Shown here piece by piece: positions 62,541-64,000 of a stretch of 64,000 nt of DNA. Below the pieces are notes generated by a model. That model saw only the letters and a program-made list of their open reading frames with translations, ran no database searches and was not told the DNA's origin. The translations under genes were made by a program, and so were the position numbers. The DNA lies in the NCBI RefSeq assembly GCF_001447785.1, contig NW_015174324.1:276004-340003 (forward strand), written 5' to 3'. Position 1 is the first letter of the stretch. Each line of letters opens with the position of its first letter. Source of the stretch: Gekko japonicus. Taxonomy: Eukaryota.

Positions 62541-64000
62541 AATCCACTCATCCACTATAAAACAGAGAACCACTCTATATAAAAGATTTTATTGCATTAA
62601 CGGGAAGAAAAGGTAATCTGGGACAGACCAAGTACCCTTTTCCAGTTTAACTAGAGGTCTTTTCCATTCTTACTGTCTTCCAGCTCCGTCAAAACTAATT
62701 TTATTCTATAACTATCTAAAACACGATGTGCATAGAAACATAAAATATAACAATTTGATGGTTACACTTTTCTGCATATGAGATGCCTTGCTGGATACTG
62801 TGCATTGTGCAGGTAAGACTCCAAATGTGTACATTAAAGTACTGTTTAGCCATGGCTCTCATAGGTATCACAGAATGAGCTGCAGACCTATACATGGGGT
62901 TTTTAAGTTTCCAGGACTTTGTTTGGGATGAACTGGTCTGGACATGACAAAGACTGGTGGACCACGACCAGCAACCCATTTCATAGCTTAGCTGAAGGCA
63001 ATGTTAAGTACTCCAGAGGATGTAGCAATGATAACATGTCATAGCTGCAGAAAGAAATCAAAATTTTACATGGCTGCTCTGTAGGCATCTATGTTGTGCC
63101 ATCAAATCTGCTGTTTTTGCAGAGCTGACATCAGGGGCAGCTACAGTGCAGAAGACTGAGCACAGTTTTGCTTTACTGATAAATCAAGGACATGGAGTAA
63201 AATTAATGCCAAATCAAGGATATAGAATAAAATGATATCTCTTTTGACTTCTCTTCAGCATTTCCCACTATGAATGCACGACTTTCTCCTAATGGTGCGC
63301 GATTCTGAATAATCTCCTGTGACAAGCCATTGGCCCTGGGGATAATAGTGACCTGTCTTTTGGCATCATCCCTCATGAGTGATTTAAAGGGATTGGAAAG
63401 ACAGAATAAAATGTGGGTTACTCAAGGAAAAGAATAAGCCAAGAACCATCACCTGGCCTGCGCTTGCCCTCAAAACTCAGAACTCAGGGAGATTTCTTGC
63501 AGCATCATTAAAAACAAAAAGTTTGCTTCAGGGTCGCTAATTATGTGTTTCACAGAGCGGCTGCCAAATTAGTCGTTTTACACTTTTGCCCATATTCAAC
63601 ATTGCTGGAACTCTGTCAAAGTTTTAAATATAAATACATTTCAGGTTCAGTTCTGGAAATGCTAAAATCAAGATCAGACTGGAGCCTTGAGTAACTTGTT
63701 AGTGATATTGGGGATTAACTATATTTTATGTGCAAATGCATGCATTAGATCTTGGTGTGCTTTTTAAAAATGGTTCGGGAGAGGGGAATTTGCAGCTGGG
63801 AAGCAATGTTGAAGGAAGGGGTTCTTAACCATTTTGCCCTCTATAGCATTTCTGCCCAAATCATCCTTCTTCCCGGTCTGCCCCTTGTAGAGTTTGAAAT
63901 GTGAGTAAATGTCAATTTTGAACTCTGCAAAGGGAAAAACAGTTTAGGATGTAATTCGAAACTGGAGAAGCTACAAGTAGAGAATGGGTTAAGCATTCCC

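Overview
Eukaryotic, repeat-rich squamate DNA (Sauria SINE, BovB, CR1, L1, L2 and Penelope remnants; repeat content suggests a gecko). The only host gene I can support is ZNF451 (ZATT, SUMO2/3 E3 ligase) on the minus strand. I reconstructed 15 coding exons by hand, all with GT-AG introns and matching phases: about 1060 aa, CDS 55233->2914, CpG-rich promoter at about 55.2-55.5 kb. Exon 1 is the least certain. Introns and flanks hold nested transposons: about seven non-autonomous Helitrons, several solo LTRs, an internally deleted chromodomain Gypsy element, a full L1 containing an ORF1-only 'half-L1', CR1/L2/BovB fragments, SINEs, a DIRS-like remnant and a 61-bp minisatellite. Best leads: (1) an intact minimal type-I hammerhead ribozyme at 13983-14024; (2) an intronic Helitron-like element carrying a 48-bp, 43/48-identical copy of part of ZNF451 exon 10; (3) the ORF1-only L1 with its own target-site duplication (TSD); (4) a P->V change in the catalytic PxRP motif of ZNF451. 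I found no clearly new multi-gene system. Family assignments are by eye and from memory, not from database searches.
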